Assembly (NCBI GenBank): GCA_002269645.1
Contig: NIVC01001883.1
Span: 133,378-197,377, forward strand
Direction: 5' to 3'
From: Macrostomum lignano
Taxonomy: Eukaryota
DNA length: 64,000 bases
The notes under the pieces are model-generated. The model had not been told where the DNA came from. It made no database searches and was given only the letters and a program-made list of their open reading frames with translations. Of this stretch, positions 44,293 through 56,504 are shown one piece after another. Each line of letters starts with the position of its first letter. The stretch's first letter is position 1. The translations under genes and the position numbers were made by a program.

Positions 44293-47200
44293 CTGCGGGT
44301 GGGCGAGGCGCATCCGGTGAGGGGTAGCTGATGAGGGGTATCCGGTAAGGGGTAGCTGGTGAGGGGTATCCGGTAAGGGGTAGCTGGTGAGGGGTATCCG
44401 GTGAGGGGTATCTAATGAGTGGTATCTGGTGAAGGTATCTAACCAGGGGTATCTGGTGAGGGTATCTAATGAGAGTATCTGGTGAGGGATATCTAATGAG
44501 GGTATCTAGTGAGGGGTATCTAATGAGGGTATCTAGTGAGGGGTATCTAATGAGAGTATCTGGTGAGGGATATCTAATGAGGGTATCTGGTGAGGGGCAT
44601 CTAATGAGGGTATCTGGTGAGGGATATCTAATGAGGGTATCTGGTGAGGGATATCTAATGAGGGTATCTGGTGAGGGATATCTAATGAGGGTATCTGGTG
44701 AGGGGTATCTAATGAGGGTATCTGGTGAGGGGTATCTAATGAGGGTATCTGGTGAGGGGTATCTAATGAGGGTATCTAGTGAGGGGTATCTAATGAGGGT
44801 ATCTGGTGAGGGGTATCTAATGAGGGTATCTGGTGAGGGGTATCTAATGAGGGTATCTAGTGAGGGGTAGCCCAGTGAGATACGATGACAGTGACTGGAA
44901 GCAGAAGCAGCACTGGGAGGGCCCAGCTACACCGGTAGCAGCGCACAGCAGCAGTTCGCAACTCACAGTGTGGATGAAGCTCTCGATGCGGCCCTGCAGG
45001 CCGAACCACTTGAACTCGCAGGTGACCAGCTTGTAGGCGCACATCACCGGGCCGTCGAAGTTCTCCCACCAGGGCCGGTTGGTGAGCGGGCCGCGGCCGG
45101 TCTTGGAGGACTTGAACAGCTTGGGGTCGAACTCGCGCTTGTAGTCGGAGTTTGAGTACAGCTTGTCGTTGCCGATGTCGATGTACACAACCTCGCGCTT
45201 CTGAAGCAGGTTCGGCGGCAGCTGGTGCACATTCTCCTGCGTGCCGGCGTCCTGCACGTGCATGGACTCGATCTTGATGAAGAAATTATCCTTCATGTAG
45301 CCGGGGTTCTCCACCACAGTGCGGCAGTAGGGGTAGGCGTTCCAGGCTGTCTCCGTCATCTCCAGCGAGCCCGACGGCGCCAGCATGCGGATGAACTTCG
45401 GCACCTTGCTGGAGGAGGTTGGGCCGGATTCGGATCTCACCCCTGCATCTCCTGGCCCACACCAACCCTGCATCTCACGGTCCCTCATCAATCCTGCATC
45501 TCATGGCCCTCTCACCTCTGCGTCTCATGGTCCTTTATCTGACACCCTGCATCTTAAGCATGGCCCTTTATCCCTCACGCAAAATTCTTTCGCGCCCCAG
45601 TGCATTGGTAGTCTGTCAGTCACTCGATCTGAAGACTTGGCAATATAAAAAATTCCGTCACCGCCAGTGCGGATAGCAGTCTAACATCACGCGACTATCT
45701 CACCGCATCGGTGAGCACACGAACAAAAGTTGAAAAAAGTACATTGCTGCACACTCGAGAGACACTTGGCACTGCCTGTAGCGCAGCTCAGAGACGAAAT
45801 GCCAAGTCTTGCACCCCAGCTCACTCTATAGGGAGTGAAAACACATTCTCTTCGGAGAGATGTGGACAGGGCCAGGAGAGACAATAGACACTCGCCTCTC
45901 TCTCTGTCTGACGCAGCTAACAGTTCACAGACAGCAATTGGAACCGCAATCCCGTTCACAACAGCAACACTTCGGAGCCCAAAGTACATTCTGACCCAAT
46001 GGTTAATGCCATCGCTTTGTACTCCAAGCTAAACATTCCAGGCATTGTTTGACGTCATTCAGACAGATTTGAGATTGCTGAATGGGATCTGGGAACATAT
46101 GAACATATCTGAACATATGGGGTGGGGGTGACAGCCTAATCTGAACATATGGGGTGCGGGTGACAGCCTAATCTGAACATATGGGGTGCGGGTGACAGCC
46201 TAATCTGAAAATATGGGGTAGGGGTGAACATCCGGGAGGGTGACAGCCTAATTTGAACATATGGGGTGGGGTGACAGCCTAATCTGAACATATGGGGTGG
46301 GGGTGACAGCCTAATCTGAACATATGGGGTGGGGGTGACAGCCTAATCTGAACATATGGGGTGGGGGTGACAGCCTAATCTGAACATATGGGGTGGGGGT
46401 GACAGCCTAATCTGAACATATGGGGTGGGGTGACAGCCTAATCTGAACATATGGGGTGGGAGCGACAGCCTAATCTGAACATATGGGGTGGGAGCGACAG
46501 CCTAATCTGAACATATGGGGTGCGGGTGACAGCCTAATATCTGAAAATATGGGGTGGGGGTGAACATCCGGGAGGGTGACAGCCTAATCTGAACATATGG
46601 GGTGGGGTGACAGCCTAATCTGAACATATGGGGTGGGGGTGACAGCCTAATCTGAACATATGGGGTGGGGTGACAGCCTAATCTGAACATATGGGGTGGG
46701 AGTGACAGCCTAATCTGAACATATGGGGTGGGAGTGACAGCCTAATCTGAACATATGGGGTGGGGTGACAGCCTAATCTGAACATATGGGGTGGGAGTGA
46801 CAGCCTAATCTGAACATATGGGGTGGGAGTGACAGCCTAATCTGAACATATGGGGTGCGGGTGACAGCCTAATATCTGAAAATATGGGGTGGGGGTGAAC
46901 ATCCCGGAGGGTGACAGCCTAATCTAAACATCCGGGAGGGCGACAGCTTAATTTGAACATCCAGGAAGGTGACAGCCTTATCTGAGGATCTGGGGGATGA
47001 CAACCTAATCTGAGCAGCTGGGAGGGTGACAGCCAAGTAGCAACCAGCTTTACCTGTGTACCAAAGGAAAGGCAAATGTGAACTCACTTCTGCAGCTTGT
47101 AGATCTTGTAGGTGTACTGGCCAGTGCCTCTATTGCCAAGCAGCGGCGTCTTTGGTGGCCACTTGTTGGCGGCAACATCAAAGGGCTCATTGTGCACCAC

Positions 47201-49315
47201 AACAATACCCTCACCTCCGCCAGTCTCCTGCTTGGAGGCCTCAGCCACGGAGTAGAGCTGGGCAATCTGGTACTCCTCCACTGTCATGGGCAGGATCACG
47301 CGACTGCACAATAGGTGGGTAGGACAGTGTCTTAGGAATCTGGTTTCAAACACCCAAGGGAATGCTAATTATTGATTATTGATTTATTCAGAAAATAAAA
47401 AAACATGTTTAATAAATTGAATTTATAACCATTAGTGTTTCTGCCACAAAAATATAATAAAATATTAGAACAATTAAAATACATTTGAAATTATGGTAAA
47501 CATGATTTTAATTAATCAGAACCTAGATAAAAAAATTCAATGACTAAATACTCTTAATGGGGCAAGTACTTGTTCTAAGTAATCTTACTATAATATAATA
47601 AACCTCTTGATATATACTTAGTTAGATAGAGGCAGGCAAGTGGGCTATGTGCACTATGGTATACATTAGGAAACATTGTTTTATAACTATTAAGAGACAT
47701 TACTACCCATTCTATCAATTCCCTTATATAGGTATACAAGCATTAAATATTTATATATATAGTTATATATGTAGGCATATAATCACATAGGAGTAATTTA
47801 TTGTTCATTTATTATACCCTTCAACTTGGTGTAATTCAACCCCTACCCTTTGTTCTATTTATAGGCACAACTTTTGAATGAATTGACATTTTTATCCCAT
47901 TTAAAAAGCAAAACAACTGTTGGATTTTTTTTACTTATGATGCAAGTTGCATCAAATTTGAATATCACAATTTCAATTAGCCTCTGTACTAGTTTTTCCC
48001 ACTATTTCTGGGATAACCCTCATATATTTACATTGTAATATATAATAATATCTAACATCATAGACTCTATTTAAAAATGATTTAAATATATCTATAATAT
48101 TATAAAATATGCTAACAATGTCATTGATATTCTTTTTATGGAGTACTTATAGGCATGGTGGCCATGTCTATATTATTTGAGCTTATAGGCATGGCTATAA
48201 TCATCAATATAAAACATGTGTTCTATAGCGCTCTCTCATAAGCAAACAGTGGCTTAGTGGATATGTCAATTGCCTTGGATTGAGTGTAAGCTAGGTTTGA
48301 CTCCAAAGTGGTCAGAGTATTTTTTAATTTGTATTTTTTTAGCAAATAGAAAATTTTCAATCTAGAACTTTTTAAGTTTTTTAATTAAAATAAAAAATAA
48401 ATTGAATTAAACTAAATTAAATTTTTATTAAGAAAAACACTAAATCTTAAAGTGTGTCCAATATGTATCAAAAAATATTTCTTTTCAGTAGCTACATATA
48501 TATTTGCGGCCGCACTTTAAAATGATTTTCTGTTACTCTTAAAAATTAATTTTAATTTAATTTTTATAAAATTCAAAATAAAAAACTCAGACTTTTCAAT
48601 TGATCAATCTTTTCATCTGATCAATGATTATATACATGGCAATGTCAGCCATGCCTATAAGTTCCAATATTAGAGACACGGCTACCCACCGTGTCTCTAA
48701 GCATGAACCTATTCAATATTAATGATATAGCCACCCACCGTGTCTCTAAGTGTGAACCCATTCAATATTAATGACATGGCTGCCATGCAAGTTTCATTGA
48801 CATAGACATAGACATGGTGGCCATGTCTATAAGTATGGACCTAGTCATTATTAGAGACATGGCCACCGTGTCTATAAGTTTCTGCATTATAGACATGGTC
48901 GCCATGTCTCAAAGTGTGGCATTCCTTTTATCCTTTCAAAAGGTGTCTCACAAAGAATCTAAGCTATGCAATTGATTCTATTATTGAGAGAGACTAAGCA
49001 TAATTGCATTTGAAAAAAGAAATATACTAAAATGTAACATAAAATAAAAATATACTAAGCTGCATAAAAATATATTATTAATTGACAAAACCTAAATAAG
49101 TGTGACTGGTAGGCACAATGAGAGGTAGGCCTAACAGAGTAAATATAAATCCTTCAAAAAAATATAAGTGAGAATGCCCTATTAAGATGCATAGAGATAC
49201 CATGTGTTTCTTAACTATCTTAACTAAGACAAGTTATACTAATATATACATACTAAGTTTTCAACACAAGCAGAATGGTATAAAACATAAGAACTTACTA
49301 CTCTTTGATCAGCAT
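44125..49315 (-). CDS. PITPNA: Class I phosphatidylinositol transfer protein (PITPalpha/beta, vibrator-like), complement join(49299-49315,47088-47303,44967-45408,44125-44292), 280 aa
   Basis: MLIKEY|[69 protein letters not shown] and [11 protein letters not shown]. All junctions are GT-AG and phase-consistent; total 843 nt. The A versus B paralog cannot be resolved. Confidence 0.93.
44318..44875. repeat. About 27-bp minisatellite filling PITP intron 3
   Basis: GAGGGGTATCTAATGAGGGTATCTGGT. Confidence 0.93.
44967..45408 (-). CDS. PITPNA: PITP exon 3
   Basis: [18 protein letters not shown]; donor GTGAGT. Confidence 0.93.
46100..47035. repeat. 31-32-bp minisatellite in PITP intron 2
   Basis: AATCTGAACATATGGGGTGGGGGTGACAGCCT. 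Confidence 0.94.
47088..47303 (-). CDS. PITPNA: PITP exon 2
   Basis: [22 protein letters not shown]; donor GTGAGT. Confidence 0.92.
48630..48915. repeat. Array of short hairpin (palindromic) units
   Basis: TTAGAGACACGG-7nt-CCGTGTCTCTAA, ATAGACATGG-3nt-CCATGTCTAT and variants. Confidence 0.7.
49299..49315 (-). CDS. PITPNA: PITP first coding exon (17 nt, MLIKE-Y)
   Basis: ATG CTG ATC AAA GAG TA|GTAAGT; phase 2 matches the acceptor before 47303. Confidence 0.85.
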
Positions 49316-49474
49316 TATAATGTTTTTGAGTGCGAAGTACTTAAAAACACACAGAAAACGATGCTAGTTGTAGTTATTATTTGTATCTATAAACAGAAGG
49401 AAATTTAACTATTTACTATTGTCTATGTAAAAAGTGAGGCGTGCCGTAAAATAAACATTCGGTCGGCATTTTAA

Positions 49475-49853
49475 GGGTCTCCCTAAAACACGCACCGCCC
49501 CGCCCCACAGCGCTACACGTTAAAACAAATTGGACTATAACTGAAGACATTTCAAAATGCGTTTTATGTTAAGCTTTAAGCTTTTATAAAATTTAGTTTG
49601 TTTTACTTTAAAATATTAAATTCGGTGTATAATAAGTGATACAATTAATAATATTAATAAAATAATAATAATTTAATTTAATAATGCAAACAAGAATATG
49701 AAAAATAATAATAATATTTAAAGTAATAATTAAAGTTAATTATTCTGTTACTCTTACAACAAATAGTTTTCTTTGCAATCAAAATACTGCATTGACAAAA
49801 ATGTTATAATGTGTAGCGGTCGGGGCGGTGCGGTGCGTGTTTTAGGGAGACCC
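49475..49853. mobile_element. MITE-like element with 24-bp perfect terminal inverted repeat and AT-rich core
   Basis: GGGTCTCCCTAAAACACGCACCGC at the left end and its reverse complement at the right end; imperfect extension to about 55 bp; no clean TSD. Confidence 0.7.
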
Positions 49854-50062
49854 CATTTTAAAATATTATCCAAATATTGGATGAAACAAAACAAACTATA
49901 CAAGAAATGCTTTCTGTACTTTTTCGTTAGGTAAAATTAATTTTGATAACATTTAACTGCAGCATGTATGAATTAATTTTAAACGTTTTACTTCGTATTT
50001 TAGGGCACAAATAAAGACGAATGAAATAATTACTGACTAATCGATTAGTGAGTGCTCAAGGA

Positions 50063-50322
50063 GGCTTTTCATATTACCAATTCCAGAATCAGAATCGGTT
50101 CGGATCTTCCAAGAAAAAACAGCAGTATAACTACTTAATTCTGTTGAATGTTTGACTGCCTTAACAACCTCACTTAGAACAATTTTTCACTTTCTTCTTG
50201 GCGATTGTCATTTAATAATAAAAACTTTATAGCACGTATCTCCCTCTAGTTATGGAGACAAAAAGTTATACTTCACAAATTGGTTCTGGTTCTGGAACCA
50301 GAACAAGCAATATGAAAAGGCC
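50063..50322. mobile_element. Degenerate MITE-like element
   Basis: GGCTTTTCATATT..TTCCAGAATCAGAA versus TTCTGGTTCTGGAA..AATATGAAAAGGCC. Confidence 0.35.
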
Positions 50323-50332
50323 CAAGGACGAC

Positions 50333-51013
50333 TTAAGTAAAGGACGGGAAACCTCGTTTCTGGAATTTTTTTTGAAGGCAGTTTTTTCCGAAAAATTTAC
50401 ACTACGGACATAAGAAGTTTTCGTTTTTTCAGCACAAAAATTGCTATTGCGCGCTTTTGATAGGAGGCAGATCCAGTGTTCATATTTTGATATGTTTTGC
50501 CTTTCTTATTGCTCTATCGATATTCATAGAGCTTTTCGTTCAGAAAATTAGGATTCTATGTTGATTTTTTTCTACGTACATTTGCATGTGTCTTATGCCT
50601 AAAAACCATTGAAATGGCACCTTTGGTTTTATGAGTCTATTTTATCATTCTTAATTAGCTGACTGTGTAGCAAATTTTTGTAACAGAGATGATAAAATAG
50701 ATTCATAAAACCAAGGATTCGAGCTGTGTCATGCATTTTTATGATTTTTAGGTACAGGAAATGTACGTAGAATAAAAAATTAACATTGAATCCTAATTTT
50801 CTGAACGAAAAGCTCTATGAATATCGATAGAGCAATAAGAAAAGCACGTACAACATATCAAAAGATGAACACTACTGGATCTGTATCCTATCAAATGCAA
50901 TAGCAAATTTTTGAGCTGAAAAAATGAGAACTTCCTAATCTCCGTAGTGTATTTTTCGGGAAAACCTGCCTTCTAAAATTTTTCTAAGAAACGAGGTTTC
51001 CCGTCCTACTTAA
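50333..51013. mobile_element. Foldback element: inverted arms of about 310 bp with a spacer of about 40 bp, TTAA at both ends
   Basis: 50341-50649 aligns with the reverse complement of 50689-51007 over its whole length, with scattered mismatches and indels. Confidence 0.8.
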
Positions 51014-52333
51014 AAGTCGTCTTTGTTAGTGCTACTTAAAGTAGTTTCATGACATAATAAGATCGGGAGATACATGGTACAGGGAGCACTGTCCAAGGGT
51101 CCATTTGGCATTTGACGGAGGCTGGGTATTTGTTGTATAAAGAACGATTTCCACGGAAGCAAATAAAAATCAAGAATTGTCCTTAACTGTACCAACCCTA
51201 ACACTAACCTTTCCTTTAAGTTTTCCACTAAAAACAGCTAAGTAATAGTTTAAAAGGATAATTTTATTAAAGTTAAAATAGACTTCAGTTTACCAAAAAA
51301 TCCGGATTTTTAGAAACAGTGTTTTTCTTTAAATATTGTCACAAACCAATTATGCAATACGCGCTCTTATGAAGCGCACAAAATTAAACTTTGAGGCTCT
51401 CCTCACAGCTCAGATATCGATTTTGGGTCCAAAAATATTCTCGAACTCCTCAGTTAGCCATATCAGCACTTCATATCATGGTTTTGTGCATGTGCCAATT
51501 AAGCGCAGCTGGGAGTGTCAAAAGTACGGAACTGCTTTGACACACGCAATTTCTACACTTCTGACACTTCAATTGGGCGCACCTGACACCAAATTCGCTA
51601 CCCAAAATGTCAGCTGCATGCTGTTTGAAACTCAAACCCACGATTTGACGGTTTATTGCGGGGGCGCTCGCGCTTGTATAGCACAACATATACCGGCTCT
51701 GTACTCAACTCACGTTAGTATAGTACAGAGTGTGCATAATAATTAAAGTGTACAAAGCGAAGCTGGGAAATTAAAAAGTTTACGGCGCTGCCCTGCCATG
51801 CTCACATCCCCATAATCTTGTAATTTATCCCTTACAGAGCCTTACATTATGGCAACTATAGACTCACTGTTTTCCCACATTGCATTCAGAAAGATTAAGG
51901 GCAAGCATGCATTTCCCATTTCTTTACTCTTATCGCATAGGCAATGTGAAGCGAGTCACGATTTGAGCAGTTTTGCCGCTCTCACTGCAAAGCCTAAGTA
52001 CGAATTCATTAACAGATTTTGCTATCTTTCTCAATTAAAAACGGGTTACCCTAACTAGCTCGAGGCCGAATCAAGCCAGAACGCACAGTTGGACTTGTGC
52101 GCATAGACATTCACCAGAGTTTTTAAACACTGTAAATGCAGAGACTTCGTACTCAAAGTCTCGGTAGGGCGCGTCAAAAATGATAGGAAGGTCACCTGGC
52201 AGCAAAGTGAAACAAATAGCTACGCATTAGTCATGCCGGTGGAAAGGCGAGTGTACGCGAGTTTCCTGCCCCGCACAGCCTGCAGTTGGGCCGCGCACGC
52301 AGCCGTACGCCAGGACAGTACAGAAGGAGCCTT

Positions 52334-52339
52334 TATAAA
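52334..52339 (+). promoter_or_regulatory. Possible TATA box
   Basis: TATAAA about 50 nt upstream of the HPS1 ATG. Confidence 0.3.
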
Positions 52340-52389
52340 GTAAGCCTCTAGTCGCGCACAGATATGCGAGCGCAGAAACGTCTAACAGC

Positions 52390-54456
52390 ATGAAAATCCT
52401 GGTTGTGTTCAACTCGGTGAATGACATTGTGTTCTGTCATGCGGATCAAGCCTACTTGGCCAACCTGCTGGCCGCTTATCGCGGCTCCAACGAGGCTGGA
52501 GAGATAGCTGGCGTGTCCCGACAGACGCTGGACGTACTTGTGCAGCTCTTCTCGCCCTTACTGACCACCTACAACTTGATGAGAACGCAGCAGTCCGCCT
52601 ATCGCCGGGTTGTACTGGCCAACAGTGAGGAAGTTGTATTCAGACGGTGCGAGGACTTCCTCATGATCGGTGTATTCGGCTCAAAAACATTCTGCCCGCC
52701 GGCCAAGCAGCTAGCCAATGTGGAGCGGCAGCTGCGGTCGCTGGTGGGACCTTACTTTGAGACACTGAAGCATTACAAAGAAGGCGCATTCAGCCTGGTT
52801 GGCAGCATGGTGTCCGGCTGGAAGACTCTGTTTACGCACGAATTGGCGTTCACATTTTCTGCGGTGGAGCGCGTCAAGGTGGAGGGCAGCATCAAGGCCA
52901 AGGCTATCGAGTCGATTGAGCGCGGCTTCCAGCGAAGACGTCGAGAGTTGAGCGGTGTGGAGCACGTGCTGATTGTCTGCGGCACCAAGCTGCTGTGCCT
53001 GTACTCTACCGAGAGGACAAGTAAGCTTGTAGCCCAGGACTTTCTCACTCTAATCTCTCTGGTGCCCGCTCTGTTCCCAAAGTTTGACGTCTACGATGAG
53101 AGCCGCTACAAGGAACCAGAAGGAGCCACCTTCAACAGTTGCGCTGAGCCGACCAACAGTTCAAGCAACAGCGATGTTTCCTCTGCCTTCCACTCGTGCA
53201 ACGAGTTCGTCCTCTCTGCCCCTCACAGTCCGCGGAGTTCCGGTCTGGCGACGACACCCGAACGAATAAATGGCGCATTTGGGACATCTCAGCGGCAATC
53301 TACTTCCTCATCTGGCAGTTGCATCGAGTTGGAGCACAATGCTCACTATCCTCTGGTGCAGCAGATTGAGTTGAACAAAAGCTCTCCATCAGAGTCCAAA
53401 GCTATGCTTGTGTTTCTGAACACTACCACATCGACTTTATCTCCATTCAAAGCTCACTTCGTACCAATGACGGGAAATGTTGTATTCTTGGCACTAGAAG
53501 CTGTGGAGCCGCGCTCCGTGGCCCGGTTGGTAGATCGAATGCACCGAGCGGCGGACCGAGCCCTGAGCCATGTAAGCCAACCCGTTGACGACCTGGCAGC
53601 AATGCAGGCTGCCATCTGCGCCGAGCTGCACTCGGTTAGACGACTCCTCGTCGAGCTGATCAGGACGTTGAGGGAGCCGCCAGGAGTCGCTGCCAGCTTC
53701 GCGCCCGCCTGCGAACGAGCAATGCGCGATGTCAACGATCACCTGAGCCGGGCAGCTCCAGGGAGCGAGCATTTCCGCACCGTAGACTTGTACCTGAATG
53801 CGGTAGAGAACTTGCTGCATAAGTTAAAGTCTTCCGTCATGAAAGGCGTATTTGAGAACCTCTTCCTGCAGTTTCCCTTCAAGATGACGGCCACAGTGTG
53901 CCAGGCTGTGCAGGACCTTGCCCAGGCTTGTAGAAAAGACCTCCAGGACTACCTGCCATTTCTGGACGTAAAGGCGCGCAGAAACCTGGCCTCGTCCAGC
54001 GTGCTCGCCAACTACATCGGCCTGGTGCATTTCGCCCTGGTGGACCGGCGCAGCGACGAAATCGTCGCCCCGACGCCCGACTGGGGTCGCCACCCGAAGG
54101 GCCTCTCTAAGCGCATCCTTGCCACCATCGGCGCCCTGCGCGACGCTGCCCACGCCGTGAAGGCTCGCGAGCGCGACCACTCCAGCTCTGGGGCTTCGGG
54201 TTCAGAGACAGGCGGAGAGTTCGCTCGCAGGAAGGAGGTTCAGCTCTACCGACGCGACAGGAGCCTCCAGTTCAGCTACCTCATCCAGTGGGAGCAGTCG
54301 AGCGCAGACCAGAGACTGCTGGACGCCGGATTCGAGCTGGTCACGGTCCACTCGCTCGAGGCAAATCGGGACACCATTCAGCGACACCTGGTCAGTCTGA
54401 CGGCCAAGTTCCTTCCCAGCCGGGACAGCTCCGACCTGGACAGCGGCCTCCTGTGA
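52390..54456 (+). CDS. HPS1: HPS1-like BLOC-3 subunit (FUZ/MON1/HPS1 tri-longin family), single exon, 688 aa
   Basis: N-terminus MKILVVFNSVNDIVFCHADQ, FSAVERV, HVLIVCGTKLLCLYS..DFLTLISLV, LVHFALVDRRSDEIVAP and FELVTVH match recalled HPS1 motifs; Ser-rich insert in longin 2. Confidence 0.75.
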   Translation: MKILVVFNSVNDIVFCHADQAYLANLLAAYRGSNEAGEIAGVSRQTLDVLVQLFSPLLTTYNLMRTQQSAYRRVVLANSEEVVFRRCEDFLMIGVFGSKTFCPPAKQLANVERQLRSLVGPYFETLKHYKEGAFSLVGSMVSGWKTLFTHELAFTFSAVERVKVEGSIKAKAIESIERGFQRRRRELSGVEHVLIVCGTKLLCLYSTERTSKLVAQDFLTLISLVPALFPKFDVYDESRYKEPEGATFNSCAEPTNSSSNSDVSSAFHSCNEFVLSAPHSPRSSGLATTPERINGAFGTSQRQSTSSSGSCIELEHNAHYPLVQQIELNKSSPSESKAMLVFLNTTTSTLSPFKAHFVPMTGNVVFLALEAVEPRSVARLVDRMHRAADRALSHVSQPVDDLAAMQAAICAELHSVRRLLVELIRTLREPPGVAASFAPACERAMRDVNDHLSRAAPGSEHFRTVDLYLNAVENLLHKLKSSVMKGVFENLFLQFPFKMTATVCQAVQDLAQACRKDLQDYLPFLDVKARRNLASSSVLANYIGLVHFALVDRRSDEIVAPTPDWGRHPKGLSKRILATIGALRDAAHAVKARERDHSSSGASGSETGGEFARRKEVQLYRRDRSLQFSYLIQWEQSSADQRLLDAGFELVTVHSLEANRDTIQRHLVSLTAKFLPSRDSSDLDSGLL

Positions 54457-54491
54457 ACACTTGGACGCTTTTTCGGTGAACGTTTTGCTAT

Positions 54492-54497
54492 AATAAA
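54492..54497 (+). terminator. Poly(A) signal for HPS1-like gene
   Basis: AATAAA 36 nt after the stop, followed by T-rich sequence. Confidence 0.45.
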
Positions 54498-56504
54498 TAT
54501 TAATATTTTATTCCGCGTTTTAAACTGCAATTTTTTGGCTTTAATTTCATTGTTTTGATGCTGCAGATTTTGTACTGAAATAATGTGCAGAAAAGGTGCT
54601 CATATACGAGTGATGGCCTGTAAATATACGAGTTCACCGCCAGATTATAGTGCTGTTCAATAAATTTTTGATAAATTTATGAAATTATTTATCTGTAAGC
54701 TGAGTCAAACTATCGTAGTAGCTCGTAAGAGGGTAGGCAATGGAATTGTGTTCCTTCAAGCTTCCAGTTTGAGTTGTTATCTGCATCCGATTTCCATCCT
54801 CAGCTTCCAGTTTGAGTTGTCATCTGCATCCGATTTCCACCTTCAGCTTTCAGTTTAAGATTTTGTTTTCTTGATCTAGACCCATTTTCTGCAGCTGGAT
54901 TAGGATTAACACCAAATTGAACTGGTTGCGCAAAATTGAGGTGGAAGTGGTCCAGGTTGCTACTAAAAGTAGTTTGTTTGCTGCAATTCAAATAATCGTT
55001 TAAGTCTGACTTGTATGGATTTAATACAAAATCAAAGTGATAGAAGGGGACGTTTATTGTCATTTGAGTAATAATTTTTCGCTATGGAAGTTCCAATAGG
55101 GAGCATAGTTATTCGGCAGGGGCCTGCCAATTCGAGTAGAAACAGTTCTGCAGTCTCTCGAATTGTCATTCGGAGCATGCAGTGAGCACACCAGGTCAAG
55201 CTTAGGCAGCAAGCGGCCAACTTTATGTGCCTGTAATATCGTGTATGGACTTCTGAGGCTCTAGCGGCCTAGCCAGATAACACATTTACGGCTTGTTCAC
55301 AGTTCACACCGCCAATGAATTAACCATCAAATCACACAACTGGTTCACAGAGCGACAAAGACGATGGGCCATCGTATTAAGCCATCGTAAGATAAGATCG
55401 ATATTAGCTCTCATTTTCGCAGTGTAAAAGTTCCGACGTACGATCGAACTTACGCTACGACAGCTCTATAGGTACGACCCCGAAATGTACAAGCCATGTG
55501 ATCGCACGAAAAAATTGGCCCCATTTGTTGTCACGCGAACGGTCTCTGTGGTCCGAGTATTTACGAAATTGGATTAATATAAAAGTACATTTCGCGGTTG
55601 TAAGGAACACGCTGCTGCAAGTACTCTCTGTCCGTGAATAGTCAACGCCATCAAGTCCCAGCAGTGTCCTATATAATCCGCTATGACTTCGATATGATAG
55701 CTAAATGACACATGTTGGCAGAATTGTTCAAAAGTCCATTTTGTTTTCATTCTGAATTCCGATTTCGAAAAGCAGTAATTTTTATCACTGGCTATCAAAA
55801 TCTCCCTTCTCCTCTCTTGTCATCTTCTAGCTATAGGAGCTTCTCCCGTAATTATTTTTACCAAAAATGTAAAAAAAGCGCTACTCCATGCTCAAAAGGT
55901 CAAAGTAAAATTTAGAACAACTTTTTTGGTGCGTCTCAGCTCCTCTATTCAGGTGCAGGAAAAACTGTCTGGGGTAAAAAATAAACAAAAAAGATAAAAG
56001 GGAACTAGCTAAAAGTTCCTGGCCGATGTACGGTCGCCCGCTCTCCTTTTAGGAGGAACCAACTGTGGGGAGAGAGAATGCTCAGAATGTACTTGTATTG
56101 TCTTTCTGCTGTAGCTGATGTCTCGCTCCCCTCTTCGAGAACAATCCAGCGGTAGTCACATAGCGCCCTGTACGCGATCATGTACGAGTACAACCTACCC
56201 ATCAAATTGCGGCTGCATTGCTCCGATGCTACGTATTTTTAGCTAAATGTAAATCAAAGCCGACTAAGCACAGCCCTTGCTTGCAACCCTGGAGTTGCTT
56301 CAAAAAGGAACTTCCCTTTTGCATCGGCTAGTCCGCGGCATTTCCGTGGTTTTATCCACGATCCATTGGTATATATTCGTTTCAGGATTGCTGCCCAGAA
56401 TTGCAAGCCGAGAGAGCTTGAAGTAGTTACGAGTAAACTTATTTTGATCTCCATCGACACCAAAGAGGTTTTTGTGTGAAGGTGACTCACTGTTTTATAC
56501 TTTA

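Noticed and set aside
54755-55220. Minus-strand ORF fragments and a 43-bp direct duplication as a transposase relic
   Set aside because: No catalytic motif could be identified.
55290-55560. GGCTTGTTCACA as a Harbinger-like terminus
   Set aside because: No matching opposite terminus was found.
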